From Octopus sinensis (taxonomy: Eukaryota), in assembly GCF_006345805.1 (NCBI RefSeq), contig NC_043016.1, forward strand, positions 9,734,001-9,798,000: a stretch of DNA of 64,000 nucleotides, in the 5' to 3' direction. The position numbers and the translations under genes are program-made. Under the pieces are notes generated by a model, which saw only the letters and a program-made list of their open reading frames with translations, was not told where the DNA came from and made no database searches. The first letter of the stretch is position 1; every line of letters starts with the position of its first letter. This document shows positions 1 to 12,097 of the stretch, piece by piece.

Positions 1-243
1 CAGGTCAGCTGGAGTAAGTATCATAGTAACTGATGGAGTGCCTGTTAAGCTCATTAAGTGATAGAAAGAGAGCCAAAAGCACATGGTAAGAGGGTTCAGT
101 TAGCAAGCTGAGTGTTCAAGTTTCATCATTGCCAAGACAGTTTTGAGTAATGGTGAGTTGTGCTTGCTAAAATAGGGTGTGGGAGCCATCATTTGCATGA
201 TCTGTTGGGATTTACAGGGTGTTCAGCAGAGAAAGAGTGCATA

Positions 244-644
244 TCTTTATATATAAAAGTGAAGTTGTGTGTCTGTCTCCTACGATTTAGATTCCTAACT
301 ACTCCCACATTTTGCAGTGCAGTGTAACCAAAAGTGGGTATCTTATAGTCGTGATTCATATCAAGCCCTTCTGGGTATTAGCGTGCGTCTACGATGAGTC
401 TACGATTTAAAAAAATATTTACCATCATTTTTTTCCATTTTAATGCATTTTTTTCGCTATTATATAAGGGAAGTAACTCTCTAAAAATGTCTACGATGAG
501 TCAACGATTTAAAAAAAAAATTTACCATAATTTTTTTTCCATTTTTAATGCATTTTTTTCACTATTTTTTGGCTATAACTCTCTAAAAATGCTTATATAG
601 TTATTTCCCTTACAAACCCGAGCAACGCCGGGCGATACTGCTAG
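244..644 (+). mobile_element. Non-autonomous Helitron
   Basis: Begins TC (a|TCTTTATATATAAAAG) and ends CTAG|t, so it sits in an AT target. Subterminal hairpin CCCGagcaacgcCGGG lies about 10 nt before CTAG. A second copy is at 38481-38777. Confidence 0.85.
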
Positions 645-1100
645 TATAATATATTATAGTGACGAGAGAGACATTTAATAAAGTAACAAAAATAACACTC
701 ATTTGTTTTGCTTAAACTTTGCACATTTGTTTGATGAGATTGTCACGAGAAATGAGTAAAAAAAATACTATGTTCATAAGGATCCAGTGCCAAATATGGT
801 CAACTACCTGCTGCTTTCAGAAGTTATTGAGAGAGGGAGAGAGAGATGTGTATATATACATTCATATATATATATATATACACACACACATACACATGTC
901 TTCTTACTCTCCTAGAGGATTTAAGTAAAATTATACAAATGTGTCCGACTGATTAAATAAATTCTATCTATTTATTTATGCAGCTGAGGATATCTCTGCA
1001 TTTTAAATTGATGTATTGATTGCATTGTTCAATTAAATGGAGTTGCATGAAACGATCGTACTGCATTACCTCTGGATATCCTGTTGCTTGTTTTGATATT

Positions 1101-1552
1101 TACTTTACTTTTACTTTTACTTGTTTCAGTCATTTGACTGCGGCCATGCTGGAGCACCGCCTTTAGTCGAGCAAATCGACCCCGGGACTTATTCTTTGTA
1201 AGCCCAGTACTTATTCTATCGGTCTCTTTTGCCGAACTGCTAAGTGACGGGGACGTAAACACACCAGCATCGGTTGTCAAGCAATGCTAGGGGGACAAAC
1301 ACAGACACACAAACATACACACATACATATATATATGCATATATACGACAGGCTTCTTTCAGTTTCCGTCTACCAAATCCACTCACAAGGCATTGGTCGG
1401 CCTGGGGCTGTAGTAGAAGGCACTTGCCCAAGATGCTACGCAGTGGGACTGAACCAGGAACCATGTGGTTGGTTATCAAGCTACTTACCACACAGCCACT
1501 CCTGCGCCTATAAAGCCACTCCTGCGCCTATAAAGCCACTCCTGCGCCTATA
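1101..1552 (-). mobile_element. tRNA-derived CORE-like SINE, family A
   Basis: Head GGCGCAGGAGTGGCT.TGGTAAG...GGTTCAGTCCC (A/B-box-like), CORE-like CTTGGGCAAGTG, internal (TA/TG)n and tail ...GACTGAAACAAG(TAAAA)n. Many copies in the window. Confidence 0.85.
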
Positions 1553-1771
1553 TGTATATATATATATATATATATCATCAATGTCATCATGGCATGGGTT
1601 GGATGGTTTGAGAGAAGCTGGCCAGGCAGGAGCCCGCACCAGACTTCTGTGTCTGTTTTTGTGTTTCAAGATATATTTTTATGTAATCTTGGTAAATATA
1701 TCTGTTAAAATGGGAAGTCAGTGTTGTTTTCATTTTTGCGTAATTTACACGACAATTTATTCACCACACCC

Positions 1772-1827
<56 letters not shown>

Positions 1828-2079
1828 TGTGTATGTGTGTGTGTGTGTGTGTGTATGTATATATATATATATATATATAGAAAATAAGGAGTTTAGGTCA
1901 AAAATCAGTATGATACTCCAGCACCTGAGATATCCCAGAAATAGTGTAAGAGACTATATCAATTAATTCTACCTACATTGCATTAGTATTAACTCTCTTA
2001 AATTAAACTAAAATAAATAAATAAAAATAAATTTAAATGACATAGTTCTTCCTTGACTAATTATTTTCTTTTTCTTTAA

Positions 2080-2122
<43 letters not shown>

Positions 2123-2134
2123 TATATATATATA

Positions 2135-2284
2135 CTTTATTTAAAGCAGCAGAAAATTCAACAAAGCCTGTTACTCTGAGTTTCCCGTTGCCGTTATGTA
2201 ATCTTGGTAAATATATCTGTTAAAATGGGAACGGGAAACTCAGAGTAACAGGTTTTGTTGAATTTTCTGCTGCTTTAAATAAAG
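2135..2284. repeat. Fold-back element: 55-bp inverted arms around a 40-nt loop, next to (TA)n
   Basis: 2135-2189 is the reverse complement of 2230-2284 with 1 mismatch. Confidence 0.9.
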
Positions 2285-2360
2285 CATATTACTCTACCAC
2301 TGGTATTGAGTACTCTTTTTTCCACCTTGTTTGACATTTATGTGTTTACTCCGGTATATA

Positions 2361-2425
<65 letters not shown>

Positions 2426-2776
2426 TATGTATATATATATATGTATATATATATTTAATTTTAGCTTAGATCCCCAATATTTAGTCTCTAATTATTAATT
2501 AGTTTTAATAAGTGATCTGATCAGAAATTACTCTATACATACATTTGGTGTTAGTAGTTGAAATTTTAAATGCTTTAACTTAGAGTAGTCATTAACATGC
2601 ATGTGCGCACACACTCACACACACACACACACACACACACACAAATAACTGGGTTGTATTAGATGTCACTGAAATAGTTTAGTGGTGACCTGAAGAAGTA
2701 ACAAACAGATTTTGCTTATTTACTTTTTGTCTTGTCTTTTTTCTACTTATTTTTTTTTTCTTCTTTTTTTTTCCAG

Positions 2777-2791
2777 GTCCATTGAGTATTG
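2777..2791 (+). other. Candidate 15-nt micro-exon (GTCCATTGAGTATTG) of an unidentified host gene
   Basis: About 60-nt polypyrimidine tract ending TTTTTTTTTTCCAG, then a 15-nt frame-preserving exon, then a consensus GTGAGT donor. Confidence 0.55.
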
Positions 2792-3057
2792 GTGAGTAAC
2801 AAAACAGGATTTCCCAGTTTGAATTTCATTGAGTTTTCCCATTATGTCACCTTGTCTATGTGTAATAATGAACTGCATTGCCATGGTGGTCTTAGTTTAG
2901 CAGGAAAGGAATTAAATTACTCTAAACAATCGGTCAGTGTTTTATATCCTGTTAGTCTGTCAGTAAATTTATTGCCTCTTCTTGGTAATCCTTTAAAAAG
3001 TGGAGACAGGTTTAATAAGTTACAAATTTGTGATATTCAATACACAAGTATTTATCT

Positions 3058-5080
3058 ATGTTGTTCATATATACACCATTGGTTGTTCACATTCACAACA
3101 CTGGTTGTTCACATACACACTATTGGCTGTTCATAGAGACACCACTGGTTGTTCATATACACACCACTGGTTGTTCATATACACAACACTGGTTGTTCAC
3201 ATACACACCACAGGTGGTACATATACACACTATTGGTTGTTCATATACACATCATTGGTTGTTCATATACACGCTACTGGTTGTTCATATACACACTATT
3301 GGTTGTTCATATACACATCATTGGTTGTTCATATACACACCACTGGTTGTTCATATACAAATCAATGGTTGTTCATATACACGCAATTAGTTGTTCATAT
3401 ACACACCACTGGTTGTTCATATACACGCAATTGGTTGTTCATATACACACCACTGGTTGTTCATATTCACACCACTGGTTGTTCATATACACTCAATTGG
3501 TTGTTCATATACACACCATTGGTTGTTTATATACACGCCACTGGTTGTTCATGTACATGCAATTGGTTGTTCATATACACGCAATTGGTTGCTCATATAC
3601 ACGCCACTGGTTGTTCATATACACACCACTGGTTGTTCATATACACACCACTGGTTGTTCATATACACACCACTGGTTGTTCATATACACACCATTGGTT
3701 GTTCATATACACGCAATTGGTTGTTCACATACATGCCACTGGTTGTTCATATACACACCACTGGTTGTTCATATACACACCACTGGTTGTTCATATACAC
3801 ACCATTGGTTGTTCACATACACACAATTGGTTGTTCACATACATGCCACTGGTTGTTCATATACACTCAATTGGTTGTTCATATACACACCACTGGTTGT
3901 TCATATACACACCACTGGTTGTTCATATACACACCACTGGTTGTTCATATACACGCAATTGGTTGTTCATATACACACCACTGGTTGTTCATATACACAC
4001 CACTGGTTGTTCATATACACACTACTGGTTGTTCATATACACACCATTGGTTGTTCATATACACGCAATTGGTTGTTCACATACATGCCACTGGTTGTTC
4101 ATATACACACCACTGGTTGTTCATATACACCCACTGGTTGTTCATATACACACCATTGGTTGTTCACATACACACAATTGGTTGTTCACATACATGCCAC
4201 TGTTTGTTCATATACACTCAATTGGTTGTTCATATACACAACACTGGTTGTTCATATACACACCACTGGTTGTTAATATACACACACTGGTTGTTCATAT
4301 ACACGCAATTGTGTTGTTCATATACACACCACTGGTTGTTCACATACACATCATTGGTTGTTCATATACACATCATTGGTTGTTCATATACACACTATTG
4401 GTTGTTCATAGAGACATCACTGGTTGTTCATATACACATCATTGGTTGTTTATATACACACCACTGGTTATTCATATACACACCACTGGTTGTTCATATA
4501 CACGCAATTGGTTGTTCATATACACACCACTGGTTGTTCACATACACATCATTGGTTGTTCATATACACATCATTGGTTGTTCATATACACACCACTGGT
4601 TGTTCATATACACGCAATTGGTTGTTCATATACACACCACTGGTTGTTCACATACACACTATTGGTTGTTCATAGAGACACCACTTGTTGTTCATATACA
4701 CGCAATTGGTTGTTCATATACACACCACTGGTTGTTCACATACACACCATTGGTTGTTCATATACACATCATTGGTTGTTCATATACACGTCACTGGTTG
4801 TTCATATACACACCACTGGTTGTTCATATACACATCATTGGTTGTTCATATACACACAATTGGCTGTTCATATACACACCACTGGTTGTTCATATACACA
4901 CCATTGGTTGTTCATATACACACCACTGGTTGTTCATATACACACCACTGGTTGTTCATATACACGCAATTGGTTGTTCATATACACACCACTGGTTGTT
5001 CACATACACACTATTGGTTGTTCATAGAGACACCACTGGTTGTTTATATACACACCATTGGTTGTTCATATACACACCAC
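3058..5080. repeat. 22-bp minisatellite, about 90 units (TGGTTGTTCATATACACACCAC and variants)
   Basis: Direct reading. The 22-aa periodicity shared by all three + frames confirms a 22-nt unit. Confidence 0.97.
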
Positions 5081-5225
5081 CGCCAAGGTTGACTTTACCT
5101 TTCATCCTTTCAGGGTCGATAAATTAAGTACCAGTTGCATACTGAGGTCAATCTAATTGACTGGTTTGCTCCCCACAAATTTCAAGTCTTGTGCCGATAG
5201 GAGAAAGGATTATTATTATTATTAT
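5081..5225 (+). mobile_element. SINE family B (ATT-tailed subfamily), 3' part
   Basis: GTTGACTTTACCTTTCATCCTTTCAGGGTCGATAAATTAAGTACCAG central domain (recalls Meta/MESC-type SINE domains), followed by an (ATT)n tail. Confidence 0.75.
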
Positions 5226-5779
5226 TGAGTGAGCGAGCAGAGCATGCCATCAAAGTGACACTGGGGTAAAATATACGAAGCCCAGTATACCCATCATGAC
5301 TACCCGTCTGATAAGGGTACACCAGGCACATGCATCACAACCATATGTGTGCGACATGGTGATCTCATATCAAGATAAACAGCACATGACCTTGCAGGTG
5401 GAGCCCAGTTAGTTGAATTTTCTTCAGATCGAGTAACCCATCCGCTCAAAAGGTCCTGAATAAGGGTTATTTAGGACGTTGAACGCAACACCCATGTTTC
5501 CAGAGGTGAATTATTCAAACCCCAAAGAATCCTTCTCAACAAATGGCTATGATGCTCCCCCACTACTTCTGCTCGTGATCAGAGATGCACATATCGTCAG
5601 CCACTAAGGGAGATGCTCAACTGGTTAAGGTCAAACAACTGACAAGCAAATCTGTGGTATTGAGCAGAATATTTGCTGTAGCCCATCTTTTATACCAGAC
5701 AAAACAATGTACATGATAACACTTCCAATCAGTTAAGATCAGAAGCCATGAGAGCCACTGCTGGTACTGCATCAGGGCA
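5226..5779 (-). mobile_element. About 555-bp AAT-flanked interspersed repeat (R560), non-coding
   Basis: Near-identical copy at 57763-58312 and a 3' fragment at 11888-12056. It ends ...CACTCAATAATAAT and is flanked by AAT/ATT repeats. Confidence 0.8.
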
Positions 5780-5803
5780 GTTATTATTATTATTATTATT
5801 ATT

Positions 5804-6026
5804 AAGGTGGCATGCTAGCAGAATCATTAACATACTAGAAGAAATGCTTAGCAATCTTTTGACCATCGCTATGTTCTAAGTTCAAATTCGCCAAGGTCGA
5901 CTTTGCCATTCATTGTTTTGGAGTTGATAAATTAAGTACCAGTGAAACACTAGGGTCACTGTAATTGACTAGTTCCCCCACCACCCGCCCCAAATTTCAG
6001 GCCGTGTGCCTTTAGTAGAAAGGATT
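5804..6026 (+). mobile_element. SINE family B (ATT-tailed)
   Basis: Head GGTGGCATGCTAGCAGAATC...GTTCAAATTC, central domain and tail. Confidence 0.75.
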
Positions 6027-6047
6027 CTTCTTCTGCTTCTTCTTCTT

Positions 6048-6079
<32 letters not shown>

Positions 6080-6080
6080 T

Positions 6081-6121
<41 letters not shown>

Positions 6122-6245
6122 TATCATTACTATTATTATTATCATCATCATTGTCGTCATTGTTGTTGTTATAATTATTACACACACACACGCACACATA
6201 CACAGACACACACACGCACACACACACACACGCACACACATATAA
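6027..6245. repeat. Compound (ATC)n/(ATT)n/(CA)n microsatellite
   Basis: Direct reading. Confidence 0.95.
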
Positions 6246-6391
6246 AGTCATAAATGACAAATATTTTCATAAATTTTTATTTAACACTAACAAAAAAACC
6301 CTAATATTACAACAAAAAATTTTGTAACTCAAAAACAAGCAAATAATTTATATTATCATATTTAATATCATATATCTATATTATCATATTT

Positions 6392-6808
6392 GGCACAGGA
6401 GTGGCTGTGTGGTAAGTAGCTTGTTTACGAACCACATGGTTCCGGGTTCAGTCCACTGCGTGGCAACTTGGGCAAGTGTCTTCTACTATAGCCTCGGGCC
6501 GACCAAAGCCTTGTGAGTGGATTTGGTAGACGGAAACTGAAAGAAGCCCGTCGTATATATGTATAGATATTTGTATGCGTGTGTATGTTTGTGTGTCTGT
6601 GTTTGTCCCCCTAGCATTGCTTAACAGCTGATGCTGGTGTGTTTATGTCCCCGTAACTTAGCGGTTTGGCAAAAGAGACCGATAGAATAAGTACTGGGCT
6701 TACAAAAGAATAAGTCCCGGGGTCGAGTTGCTCGATTAAAGGCGGTGCTCCAGCATGGCCGCAGTCAAATGACTGAAACAAGTAAAAGAGTAAAAGAGTA
6801 AAGAGTAA
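6392..6808 (+). mobile_element. SINE family A, full length
   Basis: Head, CORE-like region, internal microsatellite and (TAAAAGAG)n tail. Confidence 0.88.
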
Positions 6809-7399
6809 TAACATTCACCTAGCTTTACATGTTTACATTTTTTATTGTCTTTAAAATATTATCCGTTTGAAGCAATGCATCAGTTCAGGCATATTTTCCA
6901 CAGTTCAAAGCCGTGTAGCACGACACATGAAGCCAACACCATTTTGTGCGAGATCTCACAAGCAGCCATTGCAAGGTCCAAGACAAGAGCGAGATCTTGC
7001 CTACAACCATGTTTGCCATGCACGAGACCACAGCGAGACTCTTGTGGGCAACATCTATTTAAGGAAGCATATTAAGGAACCTGGCTCTCTCTCTTTCTCT
7101 TGCGTTGGCACTCATGTTGAATAACACTGCAAACTGGCAGCTCACAGCGGATTCTTAACCTACTCTAACTTTACCCGTTAACTCCAGAGGTAATGTACCT
7201 CACGGGAACAGAGCTATAATGAACCATGTGCTGCTATACAGATGGTTGCCAGGAGCAAACCCCATGAAATGAGAACTAAAATAAACAACCATTGAATTGC
7301 ATCCACATATAAGCTTCTTCTTCTTCTTCTTCAAGTTCCAGGTCCTAAGATTACAGAAAATAATTATAATGGGAGAAGAAGATACTCCACAGGCATCAT

Positions 7400-8350
7400 G
7401 AACCTTCAAGAACCATTATAGCTGTACTGGAATTCTTGTAATGTGATGCCTTTTAATGCATCCATCATTTTTTTTCTTCACTTCTTCCACATCTACAAAA
7501 TGTTCTCCTTTAAGGACATTTTTCATTCAGGGGAACAAAAAAGTTGTAGGGGGAAAGATTGGGTAAATAGGGATGGGGTATAAGTGGTGTATTGCCATTT
7601 TTGGTCAAAAACTGTCTCACAGGTACATTGTCATGATGAGACCATCACTACCACTTTACCACAGGTTGGGGTGTTTTCATCTCACCACGTCTCACAAATG
7701 CTTCCTAACTGCCAAGTAAAATTTCTGGTTAAGAGTTTGACCAGGACGAACAAATTCTGTGTGGACAATTCCTTTCACAGTAACAAAACAAATCAGCAAG
7801 GTCTTCACATTGGACTTCACGTGGTGCACCTTTTTGGGGCATGGTGACATTGAATGCTTCCATTGACTTGATTGATTTTCTGTGAGCAAACGAGGCACAA
7901 ATTTTGCTGAAACTCTTTTCATTCACAATTCCTTGCTCAAAATTCTTTGACAGGAGCTTCAGAATGCACCAGTCACATAAGCAAGTTTTGCAATTGTTTG
8001 GCGCTGGCCCTCCAAAATCAGTTCATGAATTTTTGTGATGTTTTCATTCATTCTAGAAGTTGACGGTCACTTTGAATGAGGTTGGTCTTCAAGAGACAAG
8101 TCACCATTCCTAAAGTGTGAAAACCTCTTGTAAACTTGTGCTTTGCTCATGGCAGCACCCTTGTAAGCTGTTTGAAGCATGACAACTGTTTCGGTTGCCA
8201 TTTTCCCCAGCAGAAAACAGGATTTCATGGAAGCATGCTGTTCCTTCATTTCAGCCATTGCAAAAATTGACAAACAGGGTAGAAGTACTGTAAAACAAAA
8301 ACACACTACAAAACAATACAACTTTACTTGGTGCCACCAGTCCGCAGACT
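7400..8350 (-). mobile_element. Degenerate mariner transposon
   Basis: Fragments EQHASMKSCFLLGK-ATET, RVSAKFVPRLL, KGIVHTEFV-GQT-NQKFYL and DALKGITLQEF, with frameshifts. Confidence 0.85.
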
Positions 8351-8680
8351 AATGCCGGGGGGTTGCATCAAGTGGCTTCTAGCGGCAGAAGCCTGAACTA
8401 CAACAGACTTGTTTCACAGAGAATGTTCAAGTTGCTTTTGGGTATCCCTTTATTGTTACATGTTTGCATTAATGCAAAATGCAAAAGAATTCACTCAAAA
8501 CAATGCAGGAATTTGAGCTATGTTAATAAAAACTGCCACAATTATTTTGCCTCTGTAGATCATAGGTGAGTTGTTGTCAGTCAACTGTCTTGCATTACAG
8601 ATGTAGAATGTGTATGTACGTCTATGTATGTATATCTGTGTGTGTGTCTCCATATGTATGTATATGTCTATATATGTATA

Positions 8681-8808
8681 CAGGGTGATTCAAAAGTCAC
8701 CATACATAGGAAAAATTTTTTTTTATAAGAAACAGTTAACGATAAAAAAAACTGCTTCTTATAAAAAAATAAATTATTCTTACGTTTGGCGACTTTTGAA
8801 TCACCCTG
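8681..8808. mobile_element. 128-bp Tc1/mariner-type MITE
   Basis: 22-bp TIR CAGGGTGATTCAAAAGTC(A/G)CCA at both ends, with TA on both sides. Confidence 0.92.
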
Positions 8809-8991
8809 TATCTGTGTATGTGTGTGTGCGTGTGTGTGTGTGGGGGTTTGTGTGTGTGTGTACCTATTTATGTGTGTATGTGTATATATATATATATATC
8901 AGCATGTATGTGTATATATTCGTGTGATATCTGTGTGAATATATGTGTGTGTATGTGTATATATGTATATATATATATATTAATATATATG

Positions 8992-9023
<32 letters not shown>

Positions 9024-9858
9024 TGTATGTATGTATGTATGTATGTATGTATGTATGTATGTTTGTATGTATGTATGTATGTATGTATGTGTGTGTGTGT
9101 ATATGTATATATATATATATAAACATATATCAATATACATATATCTATATATATATTTATATACATATCAGCAACAAAAATATTCAGAAGCAAATATTTA
9201 TATAGATATTAATATTGATATTATCATCAAAGGCAATACAAATAGTTTATGATAACAACAATATTAACATCGCTGGCTGCAGGCCTAAATCAGCATTATA
9301 TAGCTATGGAATTAAAATTACATTAATCAAAGGAGACATTAAAGTGTCTACCTGCTAGAAATAAGAGTTAAAAACCATCATTTGGACCACTAAAAACTAC
9401 TTACACTGAAAATAACAGATTCTAGAGTACATGGGAAAGTGAACCTTAAAAAGATCTCTCACAAACCATTATAGCATAATTTTATATATTTAATGGAATA
9501 AGTATATATGTGGACCAGTTTCTGGTTTGATACAAAGATCTTACCTTCTTCAGCACATCTTCCCAGTCCGCCATATTAAAATCTGTTGGTATCCTTAATT
9601 GCTTAGCACCAAATTGTGGACAGCCTCAATGTGAAAATACTCAGCAAAAATATTCAGAAGCGAATATTTATATAGCGAGTGGAGGAGAGATGAAAGTCGC
9701 TTCCTGGAGAGAAACCTGCGCATACAAAAAAAAAAAAGCACCCAGTACATGACATAAAGTATTACAGTCTTTAAAATTGTGTTGGTATTCTGAAACCCTG
9801 GTTGAAAAGATCATCTCTGGCAAGCAAAGCCAAGCTGAGAGAGAGAGAGAGAAAGAGA

Positions 9859-9935
9859 GATGAGGACAAATATCCATCAAATGTAAATAATGTAAATAAT
9901 GTACATAATTCCTCATCTCTCATATATAGAACTAT
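9859..9935 (+). mobile_element. 3' tail fragment of the hammerhead SINE (family H)
   Basis: GATGAGGACAAATATCCATCAAATGTAAATAATGT...TCCTCATCTC matches the tail at 37726-37790. Confidence 0.75.
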
Positions 9936-9944
9936 AAAAAAAAA

Positions 9945-10285
9945 TTATGTCTAGACTATCAGAAGTGGTCACTGGCTCAATAGAAGAATGTTCTCTGATG
10001 AATCATCATTCAATCATTTTCCCCACTAGAGGTCAAGTTTATGTCTGGAAACAGCCAAAAGAAACCTTTAGCCCTGACTATTTAGCTCTTACTGTGAAAC
10101 ATAGAGGTGGTTCTGTGATGGTTGGGTTGGCCATATGTTGGAACTCTCTTAACCCTTCAGTTGTTTTACAAGGCAAATTTCAGGCCAAACAGTTACCTCT
10201 GAGTATTTTGGTTGATTGTGTCCATCCTATGGTACGAACATTGTTTCCTAAAGGTAAAGTAATCTTCCAGCATAATAATCTTTTC
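9945..10285 (+). pseudogene. Tc1 transposase DDE-domain fragment
   Basis: PTRGQVYVWKQPKE...TVKHRGGSVMV...VHPMVRTLFP...IFQHNN. Confidence 0.85.
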
Positions 10286-10309
10286 TATTCTAGGCACAAA
10301 TTTTTGGGA

Positions 10310-10482
10310 AGGGAACCAGTTGATTAGATCAACCCCAGTATGCAACTGGTACTTAATTTATCGACCCTGAAAGGATGAAAGGCAAAATTGATCTCTGCAA
10401 AATTTGAACTCAGAACGCAAAGACAGATGAAATACCACTAAGCATTTTGCCTGGGGTGCTAACAGTTCTGCCAGTTCGGCAG
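10310..10482 (-). mobile_element. SINE family B
   Basis: Reverse complement of the head and central domain. Confidence 0.75.
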
Positions 10483-10574
10483 GATAATAAAGCACTGATT
10501 TACACAGTTGATGTTATCCAAAACTGTATGTATTCTCATGCATATAGTTACATATATCTATACATGCTCATATA

Positions 10575-10798
10575 TATTTAAATGATAAACTTCTGGAAAG
10601 TTTTATAGATTTTCACAGTTCCAGTGAAGGATTGGATCAGTAGTCTTCGAATTAGCTTTCTCATTTCTGGCTTTGAGAAGCCCAGTTTCTCAAGATTAGT
10701 ATTTAGGCAGTGTGTTACATATCTCAGGGCCCCAGTAATTACAGGTATATACCTGAACTTGTAATCTGGATAGAGTAACTGTAGATTTCTCAATAGTT
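10575..10798 (-). pseudogene. R4/Dong-type LINE C-terminal fragment
   Basis: LLRNLQLLYPDYKFRYIPVITGALRYVT...TGTVKIYKTF resembles the end of a restriction-like endonuclease ORF. Confidence 0.6.
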
Positions 10799-11452
10799 GT
10801 ATGTATGCATGTATGTATGTATGTATGTATGTATGCATGTATGTATGCATTGTAGTGGTGGTGGTGGTGACAGTATTACTCAGTTTTGCTCATTTTATTG
10901 TTGTTGTTGTAATTACTGCTGCAGTTGTTGCTGTTACTGCTGCAGTACCATGCATCACAGTAGCAGAGATGCAAATTCTATAAATGTTGTATATTAAGGA
11001 GGAAGAAATCTTTTTGCACCAATTGTTAGAAGGAATCAGAGATATAATTCGCTCTCTTTTTCAAAGTTGCCTCCCACCAGTGCCAAATTAAGGAATTGCC
11101 CAGAGACTTCACAACTCTGGGAGCCCAACTCTCGTCTATTTATGTTGTGGCTTACTGTCAATAAATAATACCATGGGACCCAATGTATTGATTTGCTCAA
11201 GAGCCTATTGTACTGCCAAGAGGGTTCTGCTTCCCACTTCTGGTTGTTAAAGAAGTTGCCATCTGTTAAATTCATATTTTTTCAAACACAAACATTTCAG
11301 AATTTTGTTTAAATTTTTGACCCAAAGGGAAAAGAAACAGAAAAGCCAAATGGCCCATGGGCCACTCGGTTAGTTTAACTAAAAGTAAATAACAGAAGGT
11401 ATACAAATAAACAAAAACTTATGAAACCACTCTAGTACGTGTTGTCAGTACA

Positions 11453-11459
11453 ATGAGTA

Positions 11460-11523
<64 letters not shown>

Positions 11524-11818
11524 TAATAATAATGATAATAATAATGATAATAATAATAATAACAATAATAATAATAATAATAATAATAAGAAGAAGAAGA
11601 TTAGTAATTGCTTTCTTTTTTTCATTTTTTTCTATTTTTTAATTATTTTCTCCTTTTTCCTTTTTCTTTCTTCCTTCTTCCCCTTTTTTTTCTACCACAT
11701 GATTTTGTAAATGAACAATCTGGTGTGTTTATTTTAATGGCCTATCAATGTATACTAGGCCCTAGGTGTCAGGAAGACCCTCTGCAAGAAATGGAAATAA
11801 AACTGAAAGAAGAAGATA

Positions 11819-11874
<56 letters not shown>

Positions 11875-11890
11875 TAATAATAATAATAAG
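11453..11890. repeat. Two (AAT)n tracts
   Basis: Direct reading: 11453-11600 and 11820-11890. Confidence 0.95.
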
Positions 11891-12056
11891 GTCATGTGCT
11901 GTTTATCTTGATATGAGATCACCATGTTGCGCATATGTGATTGTGATGCATGTGCCTAGTGTACCCTTATCAGACGGGTAGTCATGATGGGTATACTGGG
12001 CTTTGTATATTTTAACCCAGTGTCACTTTGATGGCATGCACTGCTCTCTCACTCAA
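11888..12056 (+). mobile_element. R560 repeat, 3' fragment
   Basis: Reverse complement of 5226-5395, with an (AAT)/(AAC)n tail. Confidence 0.8.
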
Positions 12057-12097
12057 TAATAATAATAACAACAACAACAACAACAACAATAATAATA

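Noticed and set aside
3000-5127. ORFs of 375-675 aa (WLFIYTPLVVHIHTTGCSYTHH repeats)
   Set aside because: They are translations of a 22-bp minisatellite open in all three frames, with non-ATG starts and no domain.
5560-5605. CTGACGA on the minus strand of R560
   Set aside because: No GAAA follows the putative stem II.
6846-7160. Possible LTR with TATA-like box and TGG primer-site-like motif
   Set aside because: No second LTR, TSD or internal ORF, and the termini are not convincing.
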